Assembly: GCF_001949145.1 (NCBI RefSeq)
Contig: NW_019091357.1
Span: forward strand, 3,496,228 to 3,560,227
Direction: 5' to 3'
Origin: Acanthaster planci
Taxonomy: Eukaryota
Length of the DNA: 64,000 nt
Of this stretch, positions 27,001 through 38,236 are shown in pieces. Under the pieces are notes generated by a model. It made no database searches. It saw only the letters and a program-made list of their open reading frames with translations, and was not told where the DNA came from. A program made the position numbers and the translations under genes. Numbering within the stretch: position 1 is the first letter of the stretch; each line of letters opens with the position of its first letter.

Positions 27001-30000
27001 AAAAAAGAGAAAAAAAGAGAGTTGACAGTCTAGGTGAGGAGGAATTTCTTTCCGGGTCTGGTTACCACCTCCGAGGTTTCTAACGCGACCTCAGCTCGAC
27101 AGCGCGGGAAAAAGATCAGGAATAAACTGGTGACAGGAACGACGTGAGTAATACGCGAATTTAATCAGAGGTTGATAGGCGCTCTCGCCCCAGGTGGAAA
27201 AGCCATTACACACGAGGCTGCTGGGGCGATTACTTACGTTCGTCTGGACAAATTAACTTTTTTTTGCTACGACAAAGTTACTTTATTTTCATTTCATTGA
27301 AACTCTTCCTAACTACTATGCGTACCGGACAAGCAATAACGAAAGACAACAGAGAAAAGGTTTTCTCTCAAGATGAAAGATTGTTAATTGAGGCAGATTA
27401 ACAGTCGTTGTCAACGTATTCTGGTGTGATGTATTATTCACTTGAAACATGCCACACTCCACGTTCCAGACGGTGGGTCACTCTTGGTCGTTGGTTGTAC
27501 GATTTCCTGAAGCGAGATCCAGTCAATCCGTCTTACTTAGCTGCAGCATGAAATCACACACAGCTGTAAGGGAAGTGGCTGCAGCCACTGCCAAAGACCC
27601 GTGTATACATTTCGAGCCGAAGCCATTTAATTTAGACATGGCTCAATTAATTGCAGGACAGTGTATGCAGCTCCGCAGCTAAACGCTTGGTGGCTCAGAG
27701 TAGGGTAGTTTCCTCTTTTTTTCCCAGCCACAAGTCGCCTCTCAGATGCAAACACACGCAAGGCTGAGCGGCGTATTATATTTATGACGGCCCGAATAAG
27801 TTCAACTTCCTGGAGAGAAATCCCCGCATCTGTTATCTGTCGTTACTTCCCTCCCCCTCAAGCCACGTCTCCTAACCATTCGGTCACTCGCTAAGTAATT
27901 ACCTTCATAAAGTCTCATCCCTCCCATGAGCCATCTCGAACTCCCCACCGGTTTTGTGTGTACACAGGCGAGGCCCGATGAGACCGCATCAATACGGCTA
28001 TTAGTTGATACAATCCCCGGAAAAGACTGAGTTAAACTCATCTCTTTCGCCCGAGTGAGGACGGAGACGAAGGAACAAAAAGTGGGAAGGAGCGAAAAAA
28101 AAGATCGCCGGATGCTCTTCACTTGGCATAACCACCCCGCTGGTGAAATCATTAATTTTTACGCCACGCGCGCGAGGGAGCGGACGTCAGCGGTCAGGTC
28201 TGACCGCAGGGTATGCCGTTTACCACCCATCCGATTCCCATGTAATTCTCGCTAGACCTTCATCATCATCATCATCATCATCATCATCTGCAGCAGCAGC
28301 ACCAAATATTCCTTCAGGGACGTCCCCCCCTCTTCCCTTCACAGCTTATGGTTCTCATCTCCTTAATGGGGTGTCAGTGTTGGGCGGCATTTCGCTTGTT
28401 AGAATCACACTGCCCCCCCTTTCCTTCGGTTCTCACCGCCAAGCGATTCCTTTTCTTAACAGTAATCTGTAATTTGTTACACCTCGCCGTGGTTGATACA
28501 GATCATATAAAGCTGGCCTCCCGTACACACTCGTGTGGAGAAACCGCCCGAGGGTAATGGCGGAAATCATCGTTTTGTTCCCCCACGGGCTATCATCGGT
28601 GCGAGTGCTGGGTCGAGGGGGCCGTGAGCAAATTGATGGATTTTGTTTAACTTGGGGGAAAGGTGTCGAACAATACACCGAGACGAATCGACTGTGATTT
28701 CTCACCACCCCCAAAAACCCCATAAATTGGTACCTGCTAAAAAAAAAGGACAAAAATGTTGCAATCATGATTTAGCAACAGCACAGATATGATAATCCTC
28801 AACGGCATGATTGTTAATCCGGATAAACAAGAAAAACAAATGCTTCAAAATGTCAATAGTGGATATTTTGACGAGCATCGAATAAATATCAGCTGTGTTC
28901 AGTAGCAATGGTCCTTCGAGAAGTGCAAGATAGCTTCGTGTCGTATCATTCGCGAAGTGACTGGCCTAATATACACGTACGACAATGGAGCAGTATAGGC
29001 CAGTGTATTTTTTGAGTAAATTTTCAAAAACAATCTGTCACTTCAACTTATCTTGAAATAGGAGAAAAATACGAAGAAAAAAAAACCTGAACCGAAGTTT
29101 TAGATCAAAAATGTTTCTCAGTGCAGCATTCCTGCCAAAACAGCGCAGTAATGACCCGGAGATTGCGGAAATTCGTACGCAGATAGTCAGCATTTATAAA
29201 TCTGGATTCGCATAACCTGGATAAGCCGCGGTTTTTTTTTTATCAGAGCACAGACTTTTCCTTTAACATTCACGAGGGCCTTTTCAATCATTGACAGCAG
29301 ACGGTTCGACGATGAGCGACGCAGCTGTCGTTGACTATGCCCGGAATCGGGACTTGATTAAAGGAAATAATTCGTCTGCTTCTGTTATTAATAAATACAA
29401 ATAAGGTGCGAATAAAATCGCGAGAGATAGTAATTGGTTTTTCGGTTGGTATTTTCTTTCTTTTTCCCCCTTCCTGTTTCTCCTCTCGATCCACGCGGGT
29501 CCAACCGAGGTGATGAAGGCTGTTTGGGTCTGCTCGGGATTGTTTAATCGTAAAAGAAGGGTGGGAAATTAAGGCAAATAATCTAGGAAATTGGGCGTCA
29601 AACATGTGATAGATCGCAGCAGGTTTCCAGCACACACGTACCCCTCCGCACGCACATCTCACACATTCGAATCGGGTTATATCGTTTATATGCGTTTCTT
29701 TGTTCAGCGGATTTCAATTAACAGCTCTGGGATGTCTCTGCTCCTTTTCAATTTTTCGACCCTCTGGGGATTCTATAATCATCGTTTGATTTGAGTCTGC
29801 TGACGACGGATTTATTTCAGATGTGTAGTTGTAAAAGTGAATGACCATTGTTACCTTGCAACGAAACTTCAAAAAAAAAAGTAAACCACAAAAACTAAAT
29901 ATATAAATAAAACAAAATAAAAAAGGAAAGGGAAAACTAGTCCTGAAAAGTTTTGAATGTGATTAAAAAACAATAATAATGCGTACAGCATCTTGAACAC

Positions 30001-33000
30001 TTTTAATTGTAAATATGTAACCTTTTAAAATTAAACACCATTTTGGGAAAAAAACGGGTCTCGGTGTTTAGAAACTGCTACCGCCGATGGAACGTGTTTT
30101 TGTGTCTTCCTTTTAACATTAAAATGTGTGATGCATCAGTACGGCTTTGTTTAACAAACAAACAAACAAAACAACGTGTTTAGCTTTGGATTATTAACCC
30201 CGCAACACGTTCACGAACCGTTACCAAGAAGGCGTTAAATATTAACACCCGTTTTTACAGCGTAATATAGTGGTGCAAATTTAACACCGAGTTACAACCA
30301 CTGTTGCACGTGACATGATGTTAACATAATGTGGTGTTCATTTGTATTGGTAGAATGGTTATTCAAATGTGAAACTCACCACGGAAGAAAAACGACACAA
30401 CGGTTTTTACAGTGGTATTCAAATGGTTATAAGATCATCCAAAATAGATTCAACTATCATAACTTTCTTTGCTATCGTAAAGCCTCGATCACAACAATAG
30501 ATGGGTAGGCCTATAACATTTTAAAGAAAGCGACCTCAGATGGTCAAAAAGTGACGCCACCATTCCACTGTTGTATAATGTATTCCAACACACAACAGCA
30601 AAACAGGCAATGCCGGAAAACATCGAGAGCTGAAACAACTTCAGTAGTCGGCAATAAAGGTAGAGGGCCTTGATCCCCACTCCCTCCTCTGTCAAGCGAA
30701 ACCCGATTTAGCCCCGCCCTCTATAGCCTGTCACTCTTTTTTTCGCCCAGAGCGAACTTTACTTCAAACATTATCAGACCCGTTCAGCTCCAGCGCCATG
30801 GTTTTGTCCCGGGCAGCGATCTCTTCTGGTCGCACGCTGAGTTATCACGAACTCGCTGTGGAGATTAACCGCCTTAATTACTCCCTAAACATATTTTCGG
30901 CCCACTTTTTTTTTCAACGTCCCAGCGTAAAACGCCGCACGCAGAGCCGATAAGATCCCGGTCCATGTAACGAACTGGCTGAAAGATAGGTTGTTATGAC
31001 TTCGGTGACAGATTAGGGAGGGGAAACTGCAAAGCTAGTGCGGCTGTCCTGGGAAATGATATTTTTCAGAACTCGACCTTTTAGTATTTTTTCTCCTGCC
31101 ACGTCTCTGGGGACTTTAGAGTGTATGAAGCCCTCTCCTTGTATTAGGGAGATTGAAACTAATGATAAATGCTTCCGTTGATGATTATTCGTTGTCATCT
31201 GTTTCGACGTAGTCGCTCTGCACTGGCCCGGTGGGACAGGCGAATTTGTTAACTTTGGCGTGCATTGTCAAAAGTTATTTCGCGCAAACCGAAGTCACAC
31301 CACGGCGTGTGTTGCCTCTCAAGACGTAACAGTACACAGAGCTTTGTTTAAAATTTCCGCGCATAAGTCAGACGTGTATAAAGGTCTGTATGTTGTAGAG
31401 CCTGCACCCGAGCTGTGGTTGTATATCTCTAACTTAAATGAACATAGGAGACAAGGTAACGCCAAACTATGAGCTTAAGAGCGTACATTTCTACACTTCT
31501 CCACTCTTTTTTTAAATTCCCGAACAGTGATATTGAATAACCCACATGACGGAGAAAAACAGTGATTCTTCACCAAGTCATGCTTTAAAATTGCAACGTG
31601 TAAGATTCGAAAATTCGATGTACCAGTATTAATTTCAATTGTGCATGGATTATTACCACCTCTGTTGGTAATGCTGATTTCATGAGTTGACTCAATCATG
31701 GACTGCAGAAAATCGTAATCTTTTTAAAATCCTGTCACTATAAACGTCCGAAACAGTCACCTTGCTTACAAAATACACTGAAAAATCCTTATTAGTAATT
31801 CTTTTTCTTTTTTTACTTTAAAAAATGGGGAAACGGTTAAAATGAATGCGTTATTATATACGACAAGAAGAACAGACGTGAAGGATTTATTTGCAACAGC
31901 AAATACTGCCTCTTCCTTGAGTACCGGGTAGCAACATACAAACAAAACTTTGAAGTTTGAAACGATGACGTATGCTGCATCGAAATAACAACTTTTAAAC
32001 ACGAGAATAATGATTCACTTCGGGCTACTGAATACACATCTGCAATGGGGAGAAAGGCGACACGCCGCCTGCGTCTCTACCATCAAGATGAATTATTAAG
32101 GTAATCAAAAATTAGCCAGAGATATCAAAAAGGAAGCGGTATAGTCGAGGAAGATAAATTATGGCGTGCGACGTCCGTTTATACCGATGATTAGATGTAT
32201 CCCTCGCAGAGATACCAAAACCCTCCTCCTGCCCAAGATTAATCAAGTTCCGGGATGAGTTTTTTACGGCCGTAAATTTCGACTCAGGATCGGACCGGAC
32301 CGGGCAAGCATGGAGCCCTATCATTAGCTTCACCGGTGATGGTGAAGCTATTAAATAACAAACAAGGAAACCCTAGACCCCCGCCGACTGATTAAAATAA
32401 CGACATTGACACTAGCTTTCTTGATAATTAAATACCACTGGAGGAAATATGTGTAAGTAATCAAAGTGATTTGCTAACGTATTCCAATTTTCCAGATGCG
32501 TTTGGTTATAGGCCCCGTTGACGTATCCACGGAGCTTAAAGTAGTGATAAATTCTCCATTTGATATCTTTGCAATGCCACTGCAAATCTGACGAAGATTA
32601 CAACCGCTGAAGCAGTCAAATACAGTTCTTTGCCATTGCAGGCTTTAGATTACTGTTTTGGGAATGCAAAGGACGACGACGTGCCCTTTCAGAATTGACA
32701 CAGACCTAGATGTCAAAGACATATTTTACAACCGGCAGTAAAGCGCCTTCAATGTTCACTTTCAATGTTTACTCACAACCTTGGAAATTATCAGAAATTG
32801 CACAATCACGACGTTAGAAACACCAGGAGGGTGGATTTTGTCTTCCCTTCGGTACTGGACCGACGTGATAACATATAGCCATGTGTGTGTATTATAATAG
32901 AGCCGATTTTCTGTAGTTATGTTTCAGCATAAAAGCTTTGGCTCGATTTTCGCTTTTAATTTTAAAGAGCTCTTCATCATTCCATAATTTTTTCTTTTGT

Positions 33001-36000
33001 CACATTGGTACCGTATGTGGCTTTTTTCACTGTAGTTAATCCTCCCATTATTTGGGTGATTGCTTTGCTCTCTCTGTTTTGTTGTCTTAGTTATCTCAAG
33101 GATGGGGGTTTGTTGCTTCTCACCGTCAAAGAATGTAAAAATCTCTAAAAATTAACTCTAGTACCTCGAGTCTAGTATTAACAGTCACAGACAGTTAAAA
33201 ATTCCCTCAACTTCTCAGAGTACAGCACGTAGACGTTGCATAATATGCTTGGAATCATGAACTTAAGCGGTCGTCTAAGTTTGTCCTGTTTCAGCTATAC
33301 TTATCGTTAAAATATCGTTGCGTCTCTAGCACTCGGTGTAGTTTTTTGGCATTTGTGTCTCCGGTCATGTACGAATAACCTGGCTACGACTGCAAAGAAC
33401 ACACAACTCTACGTAAGCCACTTGCTTACGGCTTCAAACATTTGCCGTTGACGCTTGTGCCATACCAGCCGCAGACATGTCACACGAGGCGTTTTGTTAT
33501 GTTTCATCTATAGCAAGCGCCGAGAACGTGCCATTCCACTAGTTACCACCGTCGTTTCATTAACGAGTTTTGTTTTTAAGAAAACTGTTGTGTGCAAGCT
33601 TGAAGGGGAGAAATGTTATGATCGGTGGGAAGGCCTTAATATGCTTTTAAGAGCGGAAAAACAAAATGTTGCTCTCGTCTGGTTTTATCGTTACAGTGTC
33701 GGGGAGCAACGCCCACGGCATGATCACGCCCTCTAACATCACCTCGTCGTTAGGTGAGGAACTACTGATGGATGAGTTGATGTACAACCGGCGTCGCCAG
33801 GTACATGCAGTAAGCATCACGCCCTTCTTTGTTGGTTGCAATAATAATTATCCACTTGAACTGGTCGTGTTCAAGGACTCTTGCGCAGAGTCGCCTGAAT
33901 ACAACTGTCACAAACAGAACCTGCTGTGACTCGCTATTCGGAATCGACTAGCACCGGCGGTTGCTTTGAGGAGCACCAAACCAAAGACCTTTGTCTTGGC
34001 GATTCTGTACCTGATTCGGAATTGGAAGACCAGCGACGTCACTTTGGACTTGACCGACATGACGTGGATGCCTACTTTACAAAAGTTACTTCTGACTTGT
34101 GATATGGACTCGACAAAACCATCAGCATTATAATGTTGGGACTCGTTACGTGACTTGATACTTGTGACTACAAGTCGACAAACATGTAGTCGAATGACAT
34201 ATGACAGAACTGATTTGTGCACGGAATGAAATGATCTGTGACTTGTGACGAAATTTGACAGCTGATTATGACTTAAACTGATTTTTATGTCTCATACTGA
34301 ACCTTGGTATAATCTCCTATCTCAAACGTGGACATACAGTCATTGCGACAAAAGCAAGTCATATACCGGGCTCACGGAGGACACGTAAAAAGTCTGGACT
34401 CGCTATGCCCTTATTCAGCCAACATGGGTTATTGAAGCCACCGGCGGCCATCTTACTGTGCCGAACACAAAGGTAATACAAAGGCTTGCTTGCCATTGTT
34501 AACCAAGTCGTTGGTAGCAACAGCAGTTATAAAGGCACAACAGCCAGCGATCACCTTTGTACTCGACACGGTAAGACGGCCGCCGGTAGCTTCATTCTAT
34601 ACCAGACCATTGCGAGTCCGTGACCAGCCAACGGAGACGCAGATGACGAGACTAAAGACAGCAAGTCGTATCGAAACTCGATCTTACATCGCTCAGGGCA
34701 CGGACACAATATAAAACGGGCTTTCGACACAATTAGACAGACATGACTCACATCTCTTCAACTTCTTCCTTTTCTTGTGCGTTTTCTCCCTGCAGCGGCG
34801 AAACCGAACTACTTTCACACCGCAGCAGCTCAGCGAACTGGAGACGCTTTTCTCCAAGACGCATTACCCCGATGTATTTGTCCGCGAAGATCTCGCAATG
34901 CGCATCAACCTCACAGAGGCCAGGGTGCAGGTAACAAACAGAAATATTTACACAGAGAAGATGCCTCCGTTCACAAAACTAGCGCTCTATACGTTCTTCC
35001 TAACGAAAACTGTTGTTTAAATATGTTCACTTTTTCTAATTAATACACCAAGAATGATACCAGTTTCTCCAATCTCTTAGTGATTAATATGGTCTTTGTC
35101 GGTAAAAGCACGTTCATAAAAAGAAATACGAAACAAAACAAAAATCCCGGTATGTAACAAGTGGCAAGCATCCAAAAAGTAAACTGTCATGTTAAGATAA
35201 CAGTCGACTAAGATAACAGAAGGGAAAAAGATGTGAGTTTAATATCTGTGAGTTTATAAGAAAAACTCCAGAAAACCAAGCCGTGTGAAAAACTGTAGTG
35301 AAAAACTTCTGTCCACGACTGTCTTGTCATCTGACATAGCAAGTTTCTCAAAGATTTTTAATTTCTTTCGAACACTGGCATCATTTCAGGTGTGGTTCCA
35401 AAACCGCCGGGCCAAGTGGCGCAAGATGGCCCGTCAGAGGCTCGGTATCGACCCGTGGCGCACCCGCCAGATTGCCGGCACCTACACTGGAGCCGCTGGT
35501 AACGTCGGCTTCACTGGCAACCCGTGGCTGGCTGCAGCGGCCGCGGCGGCCGGGGCGGTCCGGCCGCCAGCACTTACGTCGACCTCAGCCGGGTTTCTGT
35601 ACAACGAGACCATGGCAAGAGCAGCGCATAACTCACTGCGAGAAAGGTGAGTGGTTTTGGATCTAATGAAGTATCCTTCCAATCCTAATTCGAAAAGTTG
35701 TAACACTTGAACATGCAAGCATTGAGTAAGCACACTTGTAACTACCATAACCAACTTTTATACTTCAGAGTAATATGCATAGACCCTTGCCCTTCTTCCA
35801 AATCAAAAGAGCTAAAATAGGTTGATAAACGCAGTCCTACTCCCGTAATCAATCGCTTGTGATATTGATAGTGATATAAGTTTGTATACGCCTTGGATAG
35901 GGACTGCTTCACAAATGTCGCGGTCAGGATACTACACATTTACACATCTCCAAAAATCACAACAACATCTCTGGGGAGCGGAAAACAATTGTGGGGGGGG

Positions 36001-36672
36001 GGTTAGCAACCTCGAACGGTCCCCCTATTGCTCCCAGTGTGTACAACTGTGCTGCCTGAATTCTAACTAGGTCATACCCAAATGAACAACCTTAAACGCC
36101 CTCAAGTCTGCTGCCCCCTGTTAGCCAAACGGTATCACACTGTGGACTACATTACAAGAATCAACAATGGTCATCATGAATGACATGTAGCCCGAAGGTA
36201 AATAGACACTGTTTTCAGTGGCTCCAGAAAACCTCTACAGTGGGCTTACAGAAAAAAAATTCGAAATTGTAGCCAGAGAATATCCGGCTTGGAATTGGCC
36301 ATAATTCAGAAATCCAAATTATTGGACGAGGTCATAATGAAAGAAATCTGAGACTAACAATCGACTCACCCTGTCATTCATCTTTACAGCATGCTCGCGG
36401 TTGCCGCCCTCCGCGAGGGGGCAGGCATCCCGCACCTCCACACAGGGCTCCCTCTGTCGGCCTGCGGCTGCCACGTGGCCTCCGTGACGGCCAAAGACAC
36501 CAAGGACGACGTGCTGGGGGGCGCCGCCAACGGTGACCTGCCGGGCACCTTTAGCTCCTGCAGCGATGACAGCGTCAGTAGCTCCAGTGTGGCGGCGCTG
36601 CGCCTCAAGGCCAAGGAGCACGCTGACCTGGTGCACAGGGAATCTTCTGCCAAAAACAGGGACAATGTTTAA
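14813..36672 (+). CDS. Spliced gene model: PRD-class (paired-like, Q50) homeodomain transcription factor with C-terminal OAR motif, CG11294-family-like (alternative Drgx-like); join(14813..15023,33697..33800,34796..34930,35390..35646,36390..36672), 990 nt, 329 aa
   Basis: The assembled homeodomain is [60 protein letters not shown], with the PRD-class intron between codons 46 and 47. OAR motif [14 protein letters not shown] lies near the C-terminus. All four introns are GT..AG with matching phases (1,0,0,2). Family assignment is from recalled sequences, not a search. Confidence 0.9.
17461..17499. repeat. Tandem repeat, 13-bp unit x3
   Basis: TTGTCTAAATATT in three perfect copies. Confidence 0.9.
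21949..22587. mobile_element. MITE-like element (~640 bp) with ~56-bp imperfect terminal inverted repeats, in intron 1
   Basis: AATAAAACTTTTCGACGTTCGCAACGCATTATGGGTTTGGATGACAAACAAAGCAT (21949-22004) aligns to the reverse complement of 22531-22587. No clear TSD and no ORF. Confidence 0.7.
26614..26633. repeat. (AAAC)5 microsatellite
   Basis: Read directly; lies within an A/C-rich tract. Confidence 0.8.
28261..28299. repeat. Compound trinucleotide microsatellite (CAT)9 CTG (CAG)3
   Basis: Read directly from the sequence. Confidence 0.9.
30241..30414. mobile_element. Fragments of CACTGTAAAA-ended DNA transposon termini
   Basis: Two right-end-like motifs, TTAACACCCGTTTTTACAGCG (30242-30262) and CGGTTTTTACAGTG (30401-30414), with another TTAACACC copy between. 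No matching left end seen. Confidence 0.35.
33697..33800 (+). CDS. Coding exon 2 ([35 protein letters not shown]; ends at homeodomain residue 1)
   Basis: Acceptor gttttatcgttacag| and donor CAG|gtacat. The basic RRRQ end joins exon 3 in phase 0 to give [11 protein letters not shown]. Confidence 0.88.
34035..34285. repeat. Degenerate GACT(T/C)G-rich array, probably a decayed transposon subterminal region
   Basis: Many GACTTG/GACTCG/TGAC units in ~250 bp of intron 2. Confidence 0.4.
34433..34594. mobile_element. Small MITE-like element with 45-bp inverted arms, in intron 2
   Basis: 34433-34477 versus the reverse complement of 34550-34594: 38/45 identical, ungapped, all 7 differences transitions. 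Confidence 0.75.
34796..34930 (+). CDS. Coding exon 3 (homeodomain residues 2-46)
   Basis: Long polypyrimidine tract ending ctgcag|; encodes [45 protein letters not shown]; donor CAG|gtaaca. Confidence 0.97.
35390..35646 (+). CDS. Coding exon 4 (recognition helix [12 protein letters not shown], post-homeodomain DPWR motif, poly-Ala)
   Basis: Acceptor tttcag|; encodes [27 protein letters not shown]...[15 protein letters not shown]...; donor AG|gtgagt in phase 2. Confidence 0.96.
36390..36672 (+). CDS. Coding exon 5 (terminal; OAR motif at 36580-36621)
   Basis: Acceptor tctttacag|; AG+C completes a Ser codon, then [10 protein letters not shown]...[30 protein letters not shown] and TAA. GC-rich codon usage against AT-rich flanks. 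Confidence 0.93.
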
Positions 36673-37081
36673 AGCATTTTTAAAGTCAATAATCAACAAA
36701 ATACTTCGAGGGGAGAAGGTAGAACATCAGGAATATCGTGAGAGTTTGACTAAGAGAACTGTCGTTCACAAACGAATATGTATAACGCTGACTAGCTGAG
36801 CCATTTCTATTGGCTGAGTGTAAACTGGTTATTCCAGATGATCACAGTTGGAATTGCAGCTGAGGAAATGCAAAATAACGTTCTCGCGCAGTTTTAGTTC
36901 CAACCTTTTTGTTTAACTCGAAGGCAGGAAGTTGGGTTGGCCATAATGAAGTAATCAGATTCAGCTCTAATGTCATGTGGCTTTTTCGTATAAAACCGTG
37001 ACAAACCACATAAAACGACAATTTTTGAAATGATGATTTTTCTGCAAGAGGTGTGCAGTATCCAATTATTCATGCCCTCCC

Positions 37082-37337
37082 GTGCAATTATATATATATT
37101 TTTTGTTGTCAGGCCGTGATTAGACCAGACGTGACCTGTAATTCTCAGATCTGTGGCATCAAAGTCACGAAAGTGCAATTTCCTATGTTAATAAAGGTGT
37201 TCAGTAGTTTGAGTTCAATTCGAAAGTAAACAGCAAAGAAGTCCATGCATGCTTATCGCTACTGGGGAGATCCTGAGCAGAAAAAACTCAATCATTCCAT
37301 AATTCATCAAGGCTTACACTTCGCAAAAAGTGCAATA
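37082..37337 (+). promoter_or_regulatory. Three miR-92/25-family seed matches (GTGCAAT) in the putative 3' UTR
   Basis: GTGCAAT at 37082 and 37173 (7mer-m8) and GTGCAATA at 37330 (8mer); complementary to seed AUUGCAC. Confidence 0.55.
37190..37195 (+). terminator. Candidate proximal polyadenylation signal
   Basis: AATAAA ~520 nt after the stop codon, followed by a GT-rich stretch. Confidence 0.35.
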
Positions 37338-37657
37338 ACATCAGAATCAAGGCTTTCCAAACATCACACAAACACAAAGTGGTTTGAAATTTCTCGGAGG
37401 CTGTACACATATTCTCATTTCGGTAAAATGGTGTACATGTCCAACGCAGTAGCTCTGAATGGCGCCCCCTGTGTAATTTACAAGGGAATCAGTTTACTCG
37501 TCTCAAATGTATGTCACCTGCGTACTTGTACATATTTATGGTCGTAGTTGAGATTTTATGCGCCAGCCTTGTATTAAAATAGACATCATTATTACCTTGG
37601 TTGAGGGTAGATTTAGATTGATCAGTTTTTGATCATTCCTTTCTTCTGTTAAAACCG

Positions 37658-37663
37658 AATAAA
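37658..37663 (+). terminator. Candidate distal polyadenylation signal
   Basis: AATAAA ~990 nt after the stop codon, preceded by several TGTA motifs and followed by GTGTGATGTG. Confidence 0.45.
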
Positions 37664-38236
37664 GATTCAATTGTACATATTACAAGCCGTGTGATGTGAC
37701 AGAATGTACTCATTTGAAAAAAAAATTAAAGCAAAGACTGTTCATTGTCCTTTTGTCAACTGAAAAGGCAAACCTGACTTAATTCAAGACTGAATAGTCT
37801 GAGTCACGGATTAACTCGAGCTTGCCCTAATAAACAATTAAACGTAATAAGAGTTTGGTTTTGGAACAAGTTCGTCTTGGGTCTATAGACTACCAGTATT
37901 TTGTACTGGTGTGCGTTTGCACAGTACGGTCAGCCTCTGGGTTGGTTGGTGGTATATAGTCGGCAAGCCGTACCCCCCCCAGTTAAAACATACATATTGG
38001 TACAAACTTCATAAAATTTTGAAAACCACTATTCCCAGCGAGGGTCTTAAGTTCTCGGACACCGTGCTGGCCCCCTTGGCCGGCTGGTGTTCTACGATCG
38101 GTCGCTTCCCAAAGCCTCTCAAAGCTATTACACGAACGTGTATTTGCATGAATAGTTCTATCCCGAAAATGCAGCTGTTACAAATTTTTGAAGATTTTTA
38201 AATGACAGAGGGCGCTGTTCATGATGGGCAGCGCGT

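Noticed and set aside
28760..28825. Paired TAATCC (Otx/K50-type) sites
   Set aside because: TAATCC/GGATTA does not appear enriched over chance across the window.
35965..36120. Possible hAT-like MITE in intron 4 (G-rich start, GCTGCCCCCTG end)
   Set aside because: The left terminus is ambiguous and no target-site duplication was found.
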